The translations under genes were made by a program, and so were the position numbers. DNA of 64,000 nt from the human T2T-CHM13v2.0 reference genome, Homo sapiens. The DNA lies in NCBI RefSeq assembly GCF_009914755.1, contig NC_060947.1; one strand, written 5' to 3'. Of the stretch, positions 1 through 24,124 are shown piece after piece. Every line of letters begins with the position of its first letter. The stretch's first letter is position 1. The notes beneath the pieces were generated by a model that was not told where the DNA came from, did no database searches, and worked only from the letters and a program-made list of their open reading frames with translations.

Positions 1-748
1 TCGGTGGCTGAGGTGAGAGGATCACTCCAGCCCAGGAGGTGGAAGCTGCAGTTAAGCTATGATCATGCCACGGCACTCCAGCTGGGTGACAGAGCAAGAC
101 CTTGTCTCTCAAAAAAAAAAAAATCCTAAGATGTTATTGTAGAATACCAATAATAGTTTCTGGTTACATAGTTTATGAGACTATGAAGACATATATTTTG
201 ATTTGTGAATGTTCTCTTAAGTGGTTAATGTTTTATTAACTCATTTTTGTCTAAATAATTCTGGTCCTTTCAAAACATATTTTCAGTGTTATTCAGCTGA
301 GCAATTTCACCGACACCAGCTGAGGCAATGACAGCATTGCAGTCCTTTAAGGATAAAATGCAGTCAGCAAAGCTGGGTAAGTGATAGAGATCACATAGCT
401 GAAAGGTTGAGAGTTACACTATAAAGAAGAGATTTGCATCTGGGAGAAGCTCAGAAAATAAATTCTATTTTTTGTTTTTGTTTTTGTTTTTGTTTTGAGA
501 CAGGGTCTTGCTATGTTGCCCAGCCTGGCCTGAAACTCTTGGGCTTAAGTGATCCTCCCATCCAAGTAGCTGGCATTACAGGTGTGTGCCACTGCATCCG
601 ATGAAAAGAACTTCTATAAATGCAGTCTACAGCTGGGCAAAGTGTCTCGCGCTTGTAATTCCAGCAATTTGGGAGGCCAAGGCAAGGGGATTGCTTGAGC
701 CCAGGAGTTCGAGACTACCCTGGGCAATATAGACAGACCCCATCTTTA

Positions 749-967
<219 letters not shown>

Positions 968-2099
968 TCAAGCAAGATTGTACGTTTTGAAAAAAATTAT
1001 TAAATTATCTTCCTGGCTACAAAAAGAAACTATGATTTACAACAGATTTTAGTCCATTTAATTTAAATGAGATGCATTCTAGTTAAAACTGGGGGTTCAC
1101 TCGATTGAGGCAGCCACGTTAATCTGTATCAATTAATTCTGATTAAGTAGATAACATTCTAGGTACCGTATAATAGAAAATAAACATTTTCCCTGTCCTT
1201 GAGGAAGGGAGCTTCTGTTACAACATGCAAAAATCTATCAACTGTCCTGCCAAGTCTTTCCCTGTGACCTCCATCAGCTCAACCAGTCATTCAAAAGCCA
1301 AAGCAGCTCAAAGACCTGCCAAAATCAATTCAAGATTTTACTCCAAGTCACAATAATTATATGCAACTTCTTTAGTGAGAAAAGAACCAGAAATGACAAT
1401 AAAATTAACATTTGCATATTGCTTTCCAGTCTCGAAGCTTTTTCATATGCATTCTCATTTAATCTTCAATCTATTCTGTAAGGAAGATATTTTTATTTCA
1501 TAAGATGTGGAAACTAAGTTTTAACAAAATGAAGTGACTTTTTAAAAATCAGGCCTTTTTGCTGGATAAAGTGACTTCTTGATGGTGATAAAATAGAAAG
1601 TAGTAAGCTAGGACTTGAATTCAGGCTTTCTGATTTGAAATCCTGTACTTTCCACTATACTGGTTCTATCAGGAAGGATCTGGAACAAGTGATAAGCTAG
1701 GACACTCAGACAACTGAAAAACAGCAGAAAGGAAAGAAATGAGCCAAAAGCATTCAGAGCACTACACTATAGCTCTGATTGTGGGCTAAAGAAAACTATT
1801 CAAACTGCAGAGGTTGGTTTGAATGAGGACAGCCAAAATATCCAAAACAGTGTCAAAAGGGTCTGGCAAAATCAGGCAAACAGGTTTAGTCATAGACTAA
1901 AATTACATTGTAAATCGTAATTTCTATCCACGGTCACAAAGATAATAATTTTTCCTATATAATGTTCCAGGAAGTCCCAAATGACAAATTGGATATGGTA
2001 CAAGAGAATCCAAGCAGCAAGTCATAAAGCAGAAGTCAGATGGAACTGTATGTACCATAGTTCCAACAGATCTATTCACAGCAGTGTATTGTAGTTCTG

Positions 2100-3935
<1,836 letters not shown>

Positions 3936-4289
3936 AAATGATACAACTCCAAAGCTAAACAGGTGCATAGAATATGCCCCTAGTATGTTAAAGCTCAAAT
4001 CTGATGGCCAGTATAACTTAATCCAAACCAACACCTTCCCTACTCTACAATGGTACTATTCTTTCTTCCTTTGAATAGAACAGGCTCAGAGAATAGAGCA
4101 AACCTAAACCTACAAACTGGGCTCATCGGAAGATAAAGCAATGTTAAGTTTTGGAAGGCAATTGGCTGGGGGTGGAGGGAGGCAAGAGCTGACAATATCA
4201 TGCTAATCACAAAGGAATTTCCAACTTGATTCTGGTGAGGAAACCTATCTAGTCACATTCAAAACACTAAACTTTAGAGACTAAAGGAT

Positions 4290-7542
<3,253 letters not shown>

Positions 7543-9781
7543 AGGATTCCATTCCAAGATGGTCAAATAGGAACAGCTCTGGTCTGCAGCTCCCAACGTG
7601 ATCGACACAGAAGACGGGTGATTTCTGCATTTCCAACTGAGGTACCTGGTTCATCTCATTGGGACTGGTTGGACAGTGTGTGCAGCCCACGGAGGGTGAG
7701 CCAAAGCAGGGCAGGGCATCACCTCACCAAAAAGGGCAAGGGGTCACCCAAAAAGGGCAAGGGATTTCCCTTTCCTAGCCAAGGGAAGCCATGACAGACG
7801 GTACCTGGAAAAACGGGACACTCCTGCCCAACTACTCTGCTTTTCCAACGGTCTTAGCAAACAGCACACCAGGAGATTGTGTTCCATGCCTGGCTTGGCA
7901 GGTCCCACGACAACAAAGCCTTGATCACTGCTAGGGCAGCAGTTTGAGATCAAACTGCAAGGCAGCAGCCTAGCAGGGGGAGGGGGGTCTGCCATTGCTG
8001 AGGCTTGAGTAGGTAAACAAAGCAGCTGGGGAAACTAAAACTCAGCAGAGCCCACCGCAGCTCAGCAAGGCTGGCTGCCTCTGTAGACTCCACCTCTGGG
8101 GGCAGGGCAGAGCTGAACAAAAGGCAGCAGAAACTTCTGCACACTTAAACGTCCCTGTCTGACAGCTCTGAAGAGAGCAGTGGTTCTCCCAGCACAGTGT
8201 TTGAGCTCAGAGAATGGACAGACTGCCTCCTCAAGTGGGTCCCTGACCCCCGTGTAGCCTAAATGGGAGATGCCTCCCAGTAGGGGCCGACTGACATCTC
8301 ATACAGGCGGGTGCCCCTCTGGGATGAAGCTTCCAGGGGAAGGATAAGGCAGCAATATTTGCTGTTCTGCAATACTTGCTGTTCTGCAGCCTCTGCTACT
8401 GATACCCAGGCAAACAGGGTCTGGAGTGGACCTCCAGCAAACTCCAACAGACCTGCAGCTGAGGGACCTGACTGGTAGAAGGAAAACTAGCAAACAGAAA
8501 GGAATAGCATCAACATCAACAAAAAGGACATCTACACCAAAACCCCATTTGTAGGTCACCAACATCAAAGACCAAAGGTAGATAAAACCACAAAGATGGG
8601 GAGAAACCAGAGCAGACAAGCTGAAAATTCTAAAAACCAGAGTGCCTCTCCTCCTCCAAAGGATCGCAGCTCCTCACCAACAATGGAACAAAGCTGGATG
8701 GAGAATGACTTTGACGAGCTGACAGAAGTAGACTTCAAAAGGTCAGTAATAACAAACTTCTCCAAGCTAAAGGAGGATGTTCAAACCCATCGCAAGGAAG
8801 CTAAAAACCTTGAAAAAAAGATTAGATGAATGGCTAACTAGAATAAACTGTGTAGAGAAGACCTTAAGTGACCTGATGGAGCTGAAAACATGGCACGAGA
8901 ACTACGTGATGCATGCACAAGCTTCAATAGCCGATCCGATCAAGTAGAAGAAAGGGTATCAGTGATTGAAGATCAAATTAATGAAATAAAGCAAGAAAAA
9001 AAGGTTAGAGAAAAAAGAGTGAAAAGGAATGAACAAAGCCTCCAAGAAATATGGGACTATGTGAAAAGATCCAACTTACGATTGATTGGTGTACCTGAAA
9101 GTGATGGGGAGAAAGGAACCAAGTTGGAAAACACACTTCAGGATATTACCCAGGAGAACTTCCCCAACCTAGCAAGGCAGCCCAACATTCAAATTCAGAA
9201 AATATGGAAAACACTACTAAGATAGTCCTTGAGAAGAGCAACATCAAGACACACAATCGTCAGATTCTCCAAGGTTGAAACGAAGGAAAACATGTTAAGG
9301 GCAGCCAGAGAGAAAGATCAGGTTACCCACAAAGGGAAGCCCATCAGAATAACAGTGGATCTCTCTACAGAAACCCTACAAGCCAGAAGAGAGTGGGGGC
9401 CAATATTCAACATTCTTAAAGAAAATAATTTTCAACCCAGAATTTCATATCCAGCCAAAATAAGCTTCATAAGCAAAAATAAATAAATAAATAAAAATAA
9501 ATAAAATCCTTTCCAGACAAGCAAATGCTGAGGGATTTTGTCACCACCGGGCCTGCCTTACAAGAGCTCCTGAAGGAAGCACTAAATATGGAAAGGAAAA
9601 ACTGGTACCAGCCACTGCAAAAACACACCAAAATATAAAGACCAACAACACTATGAAGAAACTGCATTAACTAATGAGCAAAATAACCAGATAGCATCAT
9701 GTTGACAGGATCAAATTCACACATAACAATGTTAACCTTAAATGTAAATGGGCTAAATGCCCCAATTAAAAGACACAGACT

Positions 9782-10112
<331 letters not shown>

Positions 10113-11674
10113 TCACTGTGCTGTATTCAGGAGATCAATCTCACGTGCAAAGACACACAGAAGCTCAAAATAAAGGGATGGAGGGTTATTTACCAAGCAA
10201 ATGGAAAGCAAAAAAAAAGCAGGGGTTGCAATCCTAGTCTCTGATAAAACACACTTTAAACCAACAAAGATCAAAAAAGATGAGGGCATTACATAATGGT
10301 AAAAAGATCAATACAACAAGAAGAGCTAACTATCCTAAATATATATGCACCCAATACAGGAGCACCCAGATTCATAAAGGAAGTTGTTAGAGACCTACAA
10401 AGAGACTTAGACTCCCACACAATAATAGTGGGAGACTTCAACACCCCACTGTCAATATTAGACAGATCAACGAGACAGAAAATTAACAAGGATATTCAGG
10501 ACTTGAACTCAACTCTAGACCAAGTGGAGCTAATAGACATCTACAGAACACTCCACCCCAAATCAACAGAATATACATTCTTCTCGGCACCACATAGCAC
10601 TTATTCTAAAATTGACCACATAATTGGAAGTAAAATACTCCTCAGCAAATGCAAAAGAACGGAAATCATAACAAAAGAAAGGAAATCATAACAAACAGTC
10701 TCTCAGAACACAGTGCAATCAAATTAGAACTCAGGGTTAAGAAACTCACTCAAAACCACACAACTATATGGAAATTGAACAACCTGCTCCTGAATGACTA
10801 CTGGGTAATAACGAAATTAAGGCAGAAATAATGAAGTTGTTTGAAACCAATGAGAGCAAAGAGACAACATACCAGGGTTGTTGTGCTGGGACACAGCTAA
10901 AGCAGTGTTAAGTGGGAAATTTATAGTACTAAGTGCCCACATCGGAAAGCTGGATAGATCTGAAATTGACACCCAAACATCACAATTAAAAGAACTAGAG
11001 AAGCAAGAGCAAACAAATTCAAAAGCCACCAGAAGACAAGAAATAACTAAGATCAGAGCAGAACTGAAGGAGATAGAGACACAAAAAACCCTTCAAAAAA
11101 TCATTGAGTCCAGGAGCTGGTTTTTTGAAAAGATTAACAGAATAGATAGACCACTAGCTAGACTAATAAAGAAGAAAAGAGAGAAGAATCAAATAGACAA
11201 TAAAAAATTATAAAGAGGCTATCACCACTGGTCCCACAGAAATACAAATTACCATCAGAGAATACAATAAACATCTCTACACAAATAAACTAGAAAATCT
11301 AGAAGAAATGGATGAATTCCTGCACACATACACCTCCCAAGACTAAATCAGGAAGAAGTCAAATCCCTGAATAGACCAATAACAAGTTCTGAAATTGAGG
11401 CAGTAATTAATAGCCTAGCAACCAAAAAAATCCCAGGACCAGACAGATTCACAGCTGAATTCTACCAGAGGTACAAAGAGGAGCTGGTACCATTCCTTCC
11501 GAAACTATTCCAAACAATAGAAAAAGAGAGACTACTCCCTAACTCATTTTATGAGGCCAGCATCATCCTGATACCAAAACCTGGCAGAGACACACACACG
11601 AAAAAAGAAAATTTCAGGCCAATATCACTGATGAACACTGATGCAAAAATCCTTAATAAAATATTGGTAAACCA

Positions 11675-11968
<294 letters not shown>

Positions 11969-14657
11969 ACTGGCAAACCAAATCCAGCAGCACATCAAAA
12001 AGGCTTATCCACCACGATCAAGTCGGCTTCATCCCGGGGATGCAAGGCTGGTTCAACATACGCAAATCGATAAACATAATCCATCACATAAACAGAACCA
12101 ATGACAGAAAGCACATGATTATCTCAATAGATGCAGAAAAAGCCTTTAATAAAATTCAACAGCCCTTCATGCTAAAAACTCTCAATAAACTAGGTATTGA
12201 TGGAACATATCTCAAAATAATAAGAGCTATTTATGACAACCCACAGTCAATATCATACTGAATGGGTAAAAGCTGGAAGCATTCCCTTTGAAAACTGGCA
12301 CAAGACAAGGATGCCCTTTCTCACCACTCCTATTCAACATAGTGTTGGAAGTTCTGGCCAGGTCAATGAGGCAAGAAAAAGAAATTAGTGGTATTCAAAT
12401 AGGAAGAGAGGAAGCCAAATTATCTCTGTTTGCAGATGACATGATTGTATATTTAGACAACCCCATCATCTCAGCCCAAATACTCCTTAAGGTGATAAGC
12501 AACTTCAGCATATAAAATCAATGTGCAAAAATCACAAGCATTCCTATATACCAATAATAGACAAGCAGAGAACCAAATCATGAGTGAAATCCCATTCACA
12601 ATTGCTACAAAAAGAATAAAATATCTAGGAATACAACTTACAAGGAATGTGAAGGATCTCTTCAAGGAGAACTACAAACCACTGCTCAAGGAAATAAGCG
12701 GGGACACAAACAAATGGAAAAAAATTCCATGCTCATGGATAAGAAGAATAAATATCATGAAAATGGGCATACTGACCTAAGTAATTTATAGATTCAATGC
12801 TATTCCTACTAAGCTATCATTGACTTTCTTTGCAGAATTAGAAAAACTACTTTAAATTTCATATGGAACCAAAAAAGAGCCTGTATAGCCAAGACAATCC
12901 TAAGCAAAAAGAACAAAGCTGGAGGCATCACGCTGTCTTACCTCAAATTATACTAATAGGCTACAATAACCAAAACAGCATGGTACTGGTACCAAAACAG
13001 ATATATAGACCAATGGAACAGAACAGAAGCTTCAGAAATAACACCACACATCTACAACCATCTGATCTTCAACAAACTTGACAAAAGCAAGCAATGGGGA
13101 AAGGATTCCCTATTTAATAAATGGTGCCAGGAAAACTGGCTAGCCATACGCAGAAAACAGAAACCGGATCCCTTCCCTACACCTTATACAAAAATTAACT
13201 CAAGATGGATTAAAGACTTAAATGTAAAACCTAAAACCATAAAAGCCCTAGAAGAAAACCTACACAATACCACTCAGGACATGGGCATGGGCAAAGACTT
13301 CATGACTAAAACACCAAAGCAATGGCAAGAAAAGCCAAAATTGACAAATTGAATCTAATTAAACTAAAGAGTTTCTGCACAGCCAAAGAAACTACCATCA
13401 GAGTGAACAGGCAACCTACAGAATTGGGAGAAAATTTTTGCAATCTATCCATCCGACAAAGGTCTAATATCCAGAATCTACAAGGACCTTAAACAAATTT
13501 ACAAGAAAAAAACAACCCCATCAAAAAGTGGGCAAAGGATATAAACAGACACTTCTCAAAAGAAGACATTTATGCGGCCAGCAAACATATGAAAAAAAGT
13601 TAATCATCACTGGTCATTAGAGAAATGCAAATGAAAACCACAATGAGATACCATCTCACACCAGCTAGAATGGCGATTATTAAAAAGTCAGGAAACAACA
13701 GATGCTGGAGAGGATGCAGAGAAATAGGTACACTTTTACACTGTTGGTGGGAGTGTAAATTAGTTCAACCATTGTGGAAGACAATGTGGCAATTCCTCAA
13801 GGATCTAGAACCAGAAATACCATTTGACCCAGCAATCCCATTAGTGATTATACACCCAAAGGGTTATAAATCATGCTGCTATAAAGCCACAGGCACATGT
13901 ATGTTTACTGCAGCACTATTTACAATAGCGAAGACTTGGAACCAACCCAAACGCCCATCAATGATAGAATGGATAAAGAAAATGTAGCACATCTACACCA
14001 TGGAATACTATGCAGTCATAAAAAAAGAATGAGTTCATGTCCTTTGCAGGGACATGGATGAAGCTGGAAACCATCATTCTCAGCAAACTAACACAGGAAC
14101 AGAAAACCAAACACCACATGTTCTCACTCATAAGTAGGAGTTAAGCATGAGAACACATGGACACAGGGAGGGGAACATCACACACCAGGGCCCATCAGGT
14201 GGTGGGGGCCAAAGGGAGGGAGAGCCTTAGGACAAATACTTGAGGTCAGGAGTTCAAGACCAGCCTGGCCAACGTGGTGAAACCCCATCTCTACTAAAAA
14301 TACAAAAAAAAATAGCCAGATGTGGTGGCGTGCACCTGCAGTCCCAGCTACTCAGGAGGCTGAGGCAAGAGGATCGCTTGAACCCAAGAAGCAGAGGTTG
14401 TAGTGAGCCGAGATCACGACACTGCACTCTAGCCTGGGCAACAGAGTAAGACTCCGTCTCAAAAATAGATATATATTATATATAACATATATATTTTTAT
14501 ATATATGTTATATATAATATATGTTATATATTATATATATATAACATATATATATGTTTTATATATATATACAGAGAGTAACTCTTGGTGATAGTGTTGC
14601 TATCCTTGTGGGCAATATGAATGAAACAGACAAGAGTTGGCTTGGCACAGTGGCTCA

Positions 14658-15070
<413 letters not shown>

Positions 15071-15782
15071 TTATTTTATTCAATCATTCAATAAAACTTT
15101 AATGATAACCAAGTACTTTGTTAAGCACCAAAGATATGACATGAACAAGACACAGTCTCATACATGCATCAATGAACCAACTTTTTAAAGTTCTAAATCA
15201 CCTTAAAATTCCAGTAATACACTCTAATTTTATAATTGATTAAAATAAAGCATGGAGAAGTTAACTAACTTGGCCAAGATCAAAGCTATTAGCAACTCAG
15301 CCCTGAACAGAATCCAAGGAAACTGCACCCTTTCTGCTTTGGCTGATGTCTACGTGTCTCCTTGTAAAATTTAGTTCAACAAACATTTCTTGAATGCCTG
15401 GTGTCTTGCTAGGAATATAAAGATGAGTGAAGCAGTCTATGCCATCATGAGGATTGCACTACCAAAGGTAATTACATTCTAAAAATTATAGTAGTAATCA
15501 GTCATGAGATCAAAGTAGGATGAAGGGAAAAAATTAAAAATAAATAAAAATTTAAAAATTATAATATAATGTAATAAGTGCTGTGAGTGGAAGACGCTAC
15601 AGCAATGTAAAAGGATTGCATAAATGCCCATTTGAGGGATGGAATATAGGAATAGCAGGATAAGCTTCACTGAAGTGTTACTTGAGGTGGGGCTGAAGGA
15701 TGAGTTAGAGATTTCCAGGCAGATACTGAGGGAAAGGAACACGCCAGAGGGCAAAGCACAGAGGTGTGAAAAAGCACAATGA

Positions 15783-16224
<442 letters not shown>

Positions 16225-16514
16225 ATAAACTGTACTATTCCCCCTAATAGGTGCATACCAGGTGGCATCAGTGATTATCTCACTGATTATCTGTAAGATT
16301 TCTGTACAGGCTGTAAAATAAGTATGCTCATGATTCTAAACTATGTGGCCCTGTCTTGGGATATTTCCTAATAACTCTGTCATTCTTAATCTGAGGATCC
16401 CATTGTTGTATTTAAAGGAAAAGATAGTTCAGGGAAGATTACAAATAAAGTCCTTTGAGATTCAATGAAAGCCAATTATCTTGACTGAGTTTTACTACTA
16501 AACTTTTTAGTCTA

Positions 16515-16835
16515 GATCTGCACTCTCTAATATGGTAGCAATATATGGCTACTGAGCACTTAAAATGTGGCTAGTTCAAATTGGGATGTGCTTTAATTGT
16601 AAAATACACATGGGTTTCAAAGACTTAGTTTAAAATAAGAAAGTAAAATATCTCAGCAATTTTGTATACTGATTATATGCTGGAACAAAAATGTATGAAT
16701 ATGCTGGGCTATAGCATTAAAATTATTATTATATTAAAAATTAATTTCACCTATTTATTTTTACTTTTTAAACGTGATTACTAGAAAATTTTAAGTTACA
16801 TTTCTAACTCACATTATATTTCTACTGGACAGGGC
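16515..16835. mobile_element. MER33/MER3-like hAT-Charlie MITE
   Basis: ctgcactctctaatatggtagc...atgtggctactgagcact...tggacaggg; clearly homologous to the copy at 21989. Confidence 0.7.
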
Positions 16836-17325
16836 TGGTATTGAGTATACATTGGAACTATATTCTGAAGACTTGATGAAACAAATTAGCTAATGTCTAC
16901 CTCCCTAACAATCATCATAAATATAATAGAAAAAGAAAATATAGAGGCTGGGCACCGTGGCTCACACCTGTAATCCCAGCACCTCCTGTAATCTGGAGGC
17001 CGAGGCAAGCAGATCACTTGAGCTCAGGAGTTCAAGACCAGCCTGGGCAACATGGCAAAATCCAGTCTTTACAAAACATACAAATATTAGCCAGGCGTGG
17101 TGGTGCATACCTATACGTTCATGCCACTGCACTCCAGCCTGGGTGACAAAGAGAGGTCCTGTATTAAAAAAAAAAAAAAAAAAAAAAAAAAGGACCAGGT
17201 GTGGTGGCTCATGCCTGTAATCTCAGCATTTTGGGAGGCTGAGGCAGGCAGCTCACCTGAGGTCAGGAGTTTCACCATGTTGGCCAGAACAGCCTGGCCA
17301 ACATGGTGAAACCCGGTCTCTACTA

Positions 17326-17514
<189 letters not shown>

Positions 17515-17958
17515 TTAATTAGTTAAAATAAAAATACAAAAATTAGCCAAGTGTGATGGTGGGTGCCTGTAATCCCAGCTACTTGGGAGGCTGAGGCAGG
17601 AGAATCGCTTGAACCCGGGAGGCGGAGGTTGCAGGGTCACAGTGAACAGAGATCGTGCCACTGCGCTCCAGCCTGGGCTACAGAGGGAGACTCTATCTCA
17701 AAAAAAAAAAAAAAAAAAGAAGAAGAAGAAGAAAATTGAAAATTTTCTTGAAACAAATGATAATGGAAACACAGCATACCAAAACGTATGGGATACAGAG
17801 TGAAGTTTATCACTATGAGTGCCTACATCAAAAAAGAGGAAAAACTCCGAACAACCTAATGATGCATCTTAAACAACTAGAAAAGCAAAAGCAAACCAAA
17901 CCCAAAGTTAGTTGAAGAAAAGAAATAATAAAGATCAGAATAGAAATAAACGAAATTA

Positions 17959-18332
<374 letters not shown>

Positions 18333-18673
18333 TCAGGAGACCAGCCTGGGAAACATGGTGAAACCCTGTCTCTACCAAAAATACAAAAATTAGTCAGGAA
18401 TGGTGGCGCATGCCTATATTCCCTCAGGAAACTGAGGCGGGAGGATCGCTTGAACCTAGGAGGATAGCGCCACTGCACTACAGCCTGGCAATAGAGTGAG
18501 ACCTTGTCTAAATAAATAAATAAATACTTAAAAAAGACTGAGGGATTTGGGGGGCAAAAAGTTCAAAATGAATAACTAGCGTGGTATGAAAGAAAGAAAA
18601 AGCAAATTCAGTCTTAGCTATATTATTATCTAAAGAGAAAAATCATCAGTCCTAAATCTAAAGAGAAAGATTA

Positions 18674-20852
<2,179 letters not shown>

Positions 20853-21988
20853 TATTTTATGCTGATCATATCAAACATAGAGAATTGTGTTCTATTCTGG
20901 GTACCACACTTTAAGAAATAACACGAAAAGGATAGAGCATGTTTAAAGGATAGCACACAAAATGATAAGGGGACTAGAAACCAGGTAATATCAGGAATGT
21001 TTGAACAAACTGAGAATGCTCAATCTGAAGACACTTTCCGGGGTACAAGATAAGTTATCTTCAAATAGTTGAAGATGACATGCAGAAAAGGAGTTACATT
21101 TATTTAGCCCCAGTGGGTGTAATTATCTAGACAAATTTCTATTCCTTCCTGGTCTTGAATTTTTTTTTTAAGACAGGATCTCACTCTGTCACCCAAGCTG
21201 GAGCAATCAAGGCTCACTGCAGGCTCCACCTCCTAGGCTCAAGCGATCCTCCCACCTCTGGCTCCTGAGACTACTACAGGCATGCAACACCACATCCAGC
21301 TTTTTTTTTTTTTTTTTTTTTTTTGGTGAAGACAGGGTCTCTGTTGCCCAGGCTGGTCTCAAACTCATGGGCTCAAGTATTCCTCCCGCCTCAGCCTCCC
21401 AAAGTGCTGCGATTACAGGCGTGAGCCACCAGGCCTGGCCTTGGTCTTGAAAATTTATTGAGATTGGTGATACAAAAAAGACTGGTGTTATGTCAATTCT
21501 CCCTAAGAAGGAATGAACTATAGCCATTGCTAAAAGCCATTGGATAGGCTTTTATGCTCCATTTTTATAAAACTTGACTAAAAAGTTTATGTGTGCATAA
21601 GAGAAAACTCAAACAGCCAGTAAATCTATGAAAGTACACCAACTTCACTAGTTATCAGGAAAATATAAGTCAAAACAACACCCATGTAAGATGATAACAT
21701 TTGGGAAAATGAAACTGCCTGAAGAGTATATGGGAACTCTCTGCACTATCTCTGCAACTTTTCTGTAAATCTAAAATTATTCCAAAGTAAAATGGTAAAT
21801 AAAAATGACAACAGTCTTCAAAATTGTAAAATTTTAAAAGTCTGACAATATCAAATATTAGTAAGGATATGGGGAAAAGGGAGTTTGAATTAAGACCATT
21901 TTGGACAGCAATTTGGCAATATCTATAAAGTTAAAGATGCTCATAGCTTTTGACTCAGCAGTTACACTCCCAAATGTAAACTCTAGAA

Positions 21989-22302
21989 CTGCACTGTCCA
22001 ATATGGTAGCCACTAGCCACATGTGACTATTGAGCACTTGAAATGTGGCTGATCCAAAATGAGATGTGCTTTAAGTATAAAATACATGCCAGACTTCAAA
22101 GACTTTGTACCAAAAAATGTAGAATGTAAAATAACTTATTAATAATTTGTATATTGATTATGTTATAATAACATTTTTGATACACTGAGTTAAAAAAATT
22201 AGATCATTAAAATTATTTTCATCTGTTTAAACATTTTTAATATGACTACTAGAAAATATAAAATTTTTTGTTTTTGCACCATGTCAGTTGGACGGCACTG
22301 CC
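21989..22302. mobile_element. MER33/MER3-like hAT-Charlie MITE
   Basis: ctgcactgtccaatatggtagccactagccacatgtgactattgagcacttgaaatgtggct...ttggacggcactg. Confidence 0.75.
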
Positions 22303-23153
22303 CTAGAGCCTCACCTACCAGTAGCTCAAGAAATAAATCAAGGCCGGGTGCAGTGGCTCAAGGCCAGGAGCAGTGGCTCTCACCTGTAATCCTAGCACTT
22401 TGGGAGGCCGAGGCGGGCAGATTGCCTGAGCTCAGGAGTTCCAGACCAGCCTGGGCAACACAGCGAAACCCCATCTCTACTAAACTACAAAAAATTAGCC
22501 AGGCGTGGCGGCATGCACCTGTAGCCCCAGCTACGCGGGAGGCTGAGTCGGAAGAATTGCTTGAACCCGGGAGGCGTGGAAGTTGCAGTGAGCCGAGATC
22601 GTGCCACTACACTCCAGCCTGGACGACAGAGTGAGACTCTGTCTCAAAAGAAAAAAAAAATCAGTCAATGTATTGAGGTAGTGAGTCATACCCAGCATTT
22701 CTTTTCAGTCAGACCTTTGCTGAATACCCAGCATTTTTTTAATGAGAAAAATAGAATAGAAAATATCATAGTGTACTGCATGTAATGAGGATAAAATTTT
22801 GTTTTATTAAACTTTTGACACAGTATGTATGTACTGGGATGTAATCAAAACATTTTCTTGCCATGAGTGGTAGTCAAAGATGTTTTTGAAAGTTTCTGTT
22901 AAACTCTCAGAAACACAGTGTTCGTTGTAGCATTGTTGTTTTTAACAGCAAATATTTGAAACCATTTTTATGTCCAACAAAGGAGACTGAATGAATAAAT
23001 TGTGGTACATTTAGGTTCAATGAAATACTACTCATCAGCAGTGGAAATAAATGAACTAAAAGTATTCATATGGGTAAATATTAAAAACACAGCCTGGCAC
23101 AGTGACTCACGCCTGTAATCCTAAGACTTTGGGAGGCTGAGGCAGGCAGATCA

Positions 23154-23437
<284 letters not shown>

Positions 23438-23783
23438 AATGCTGAGCAAAAAAAGGAAAAAAGAAGACAAGCTGCAGGAAAAAGAAATATAAAATAACTA
23501 TTTATATAAAATTTAAAAAGAAAAATGGTACATGTAATCTTTTAGTTCTTTGAAATATCTGAAGCATATGGCAAGCTTAAGATTTGACAAAACTCAGTGG
23601 TAGGTACACAGATGTTCATTATATTATTTTCTATACTTTTCTGTGTGATTCAAATATTTATGTAAATACAAAGTCTCAAATATTATCAACTTAAGAGTCA
23701 TAATCCCTATTCCATCTTTATACCTTTAAGATATTTTATCCTAATTTAAAACTTAAAGTAGATAGTAGCAGGCTTTATTGTTA

Positions 23784-24124
<341 letters not shown>

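Noticed and set aside
287-376. Plus-strand exon-like segment (TTTTCAG| ... |GTAAGT), antisense to TEX11
   Set aside because: Stops in all three frames, no partner exons; the surrounding sequence loosely resembles a decayed hAT transposase.
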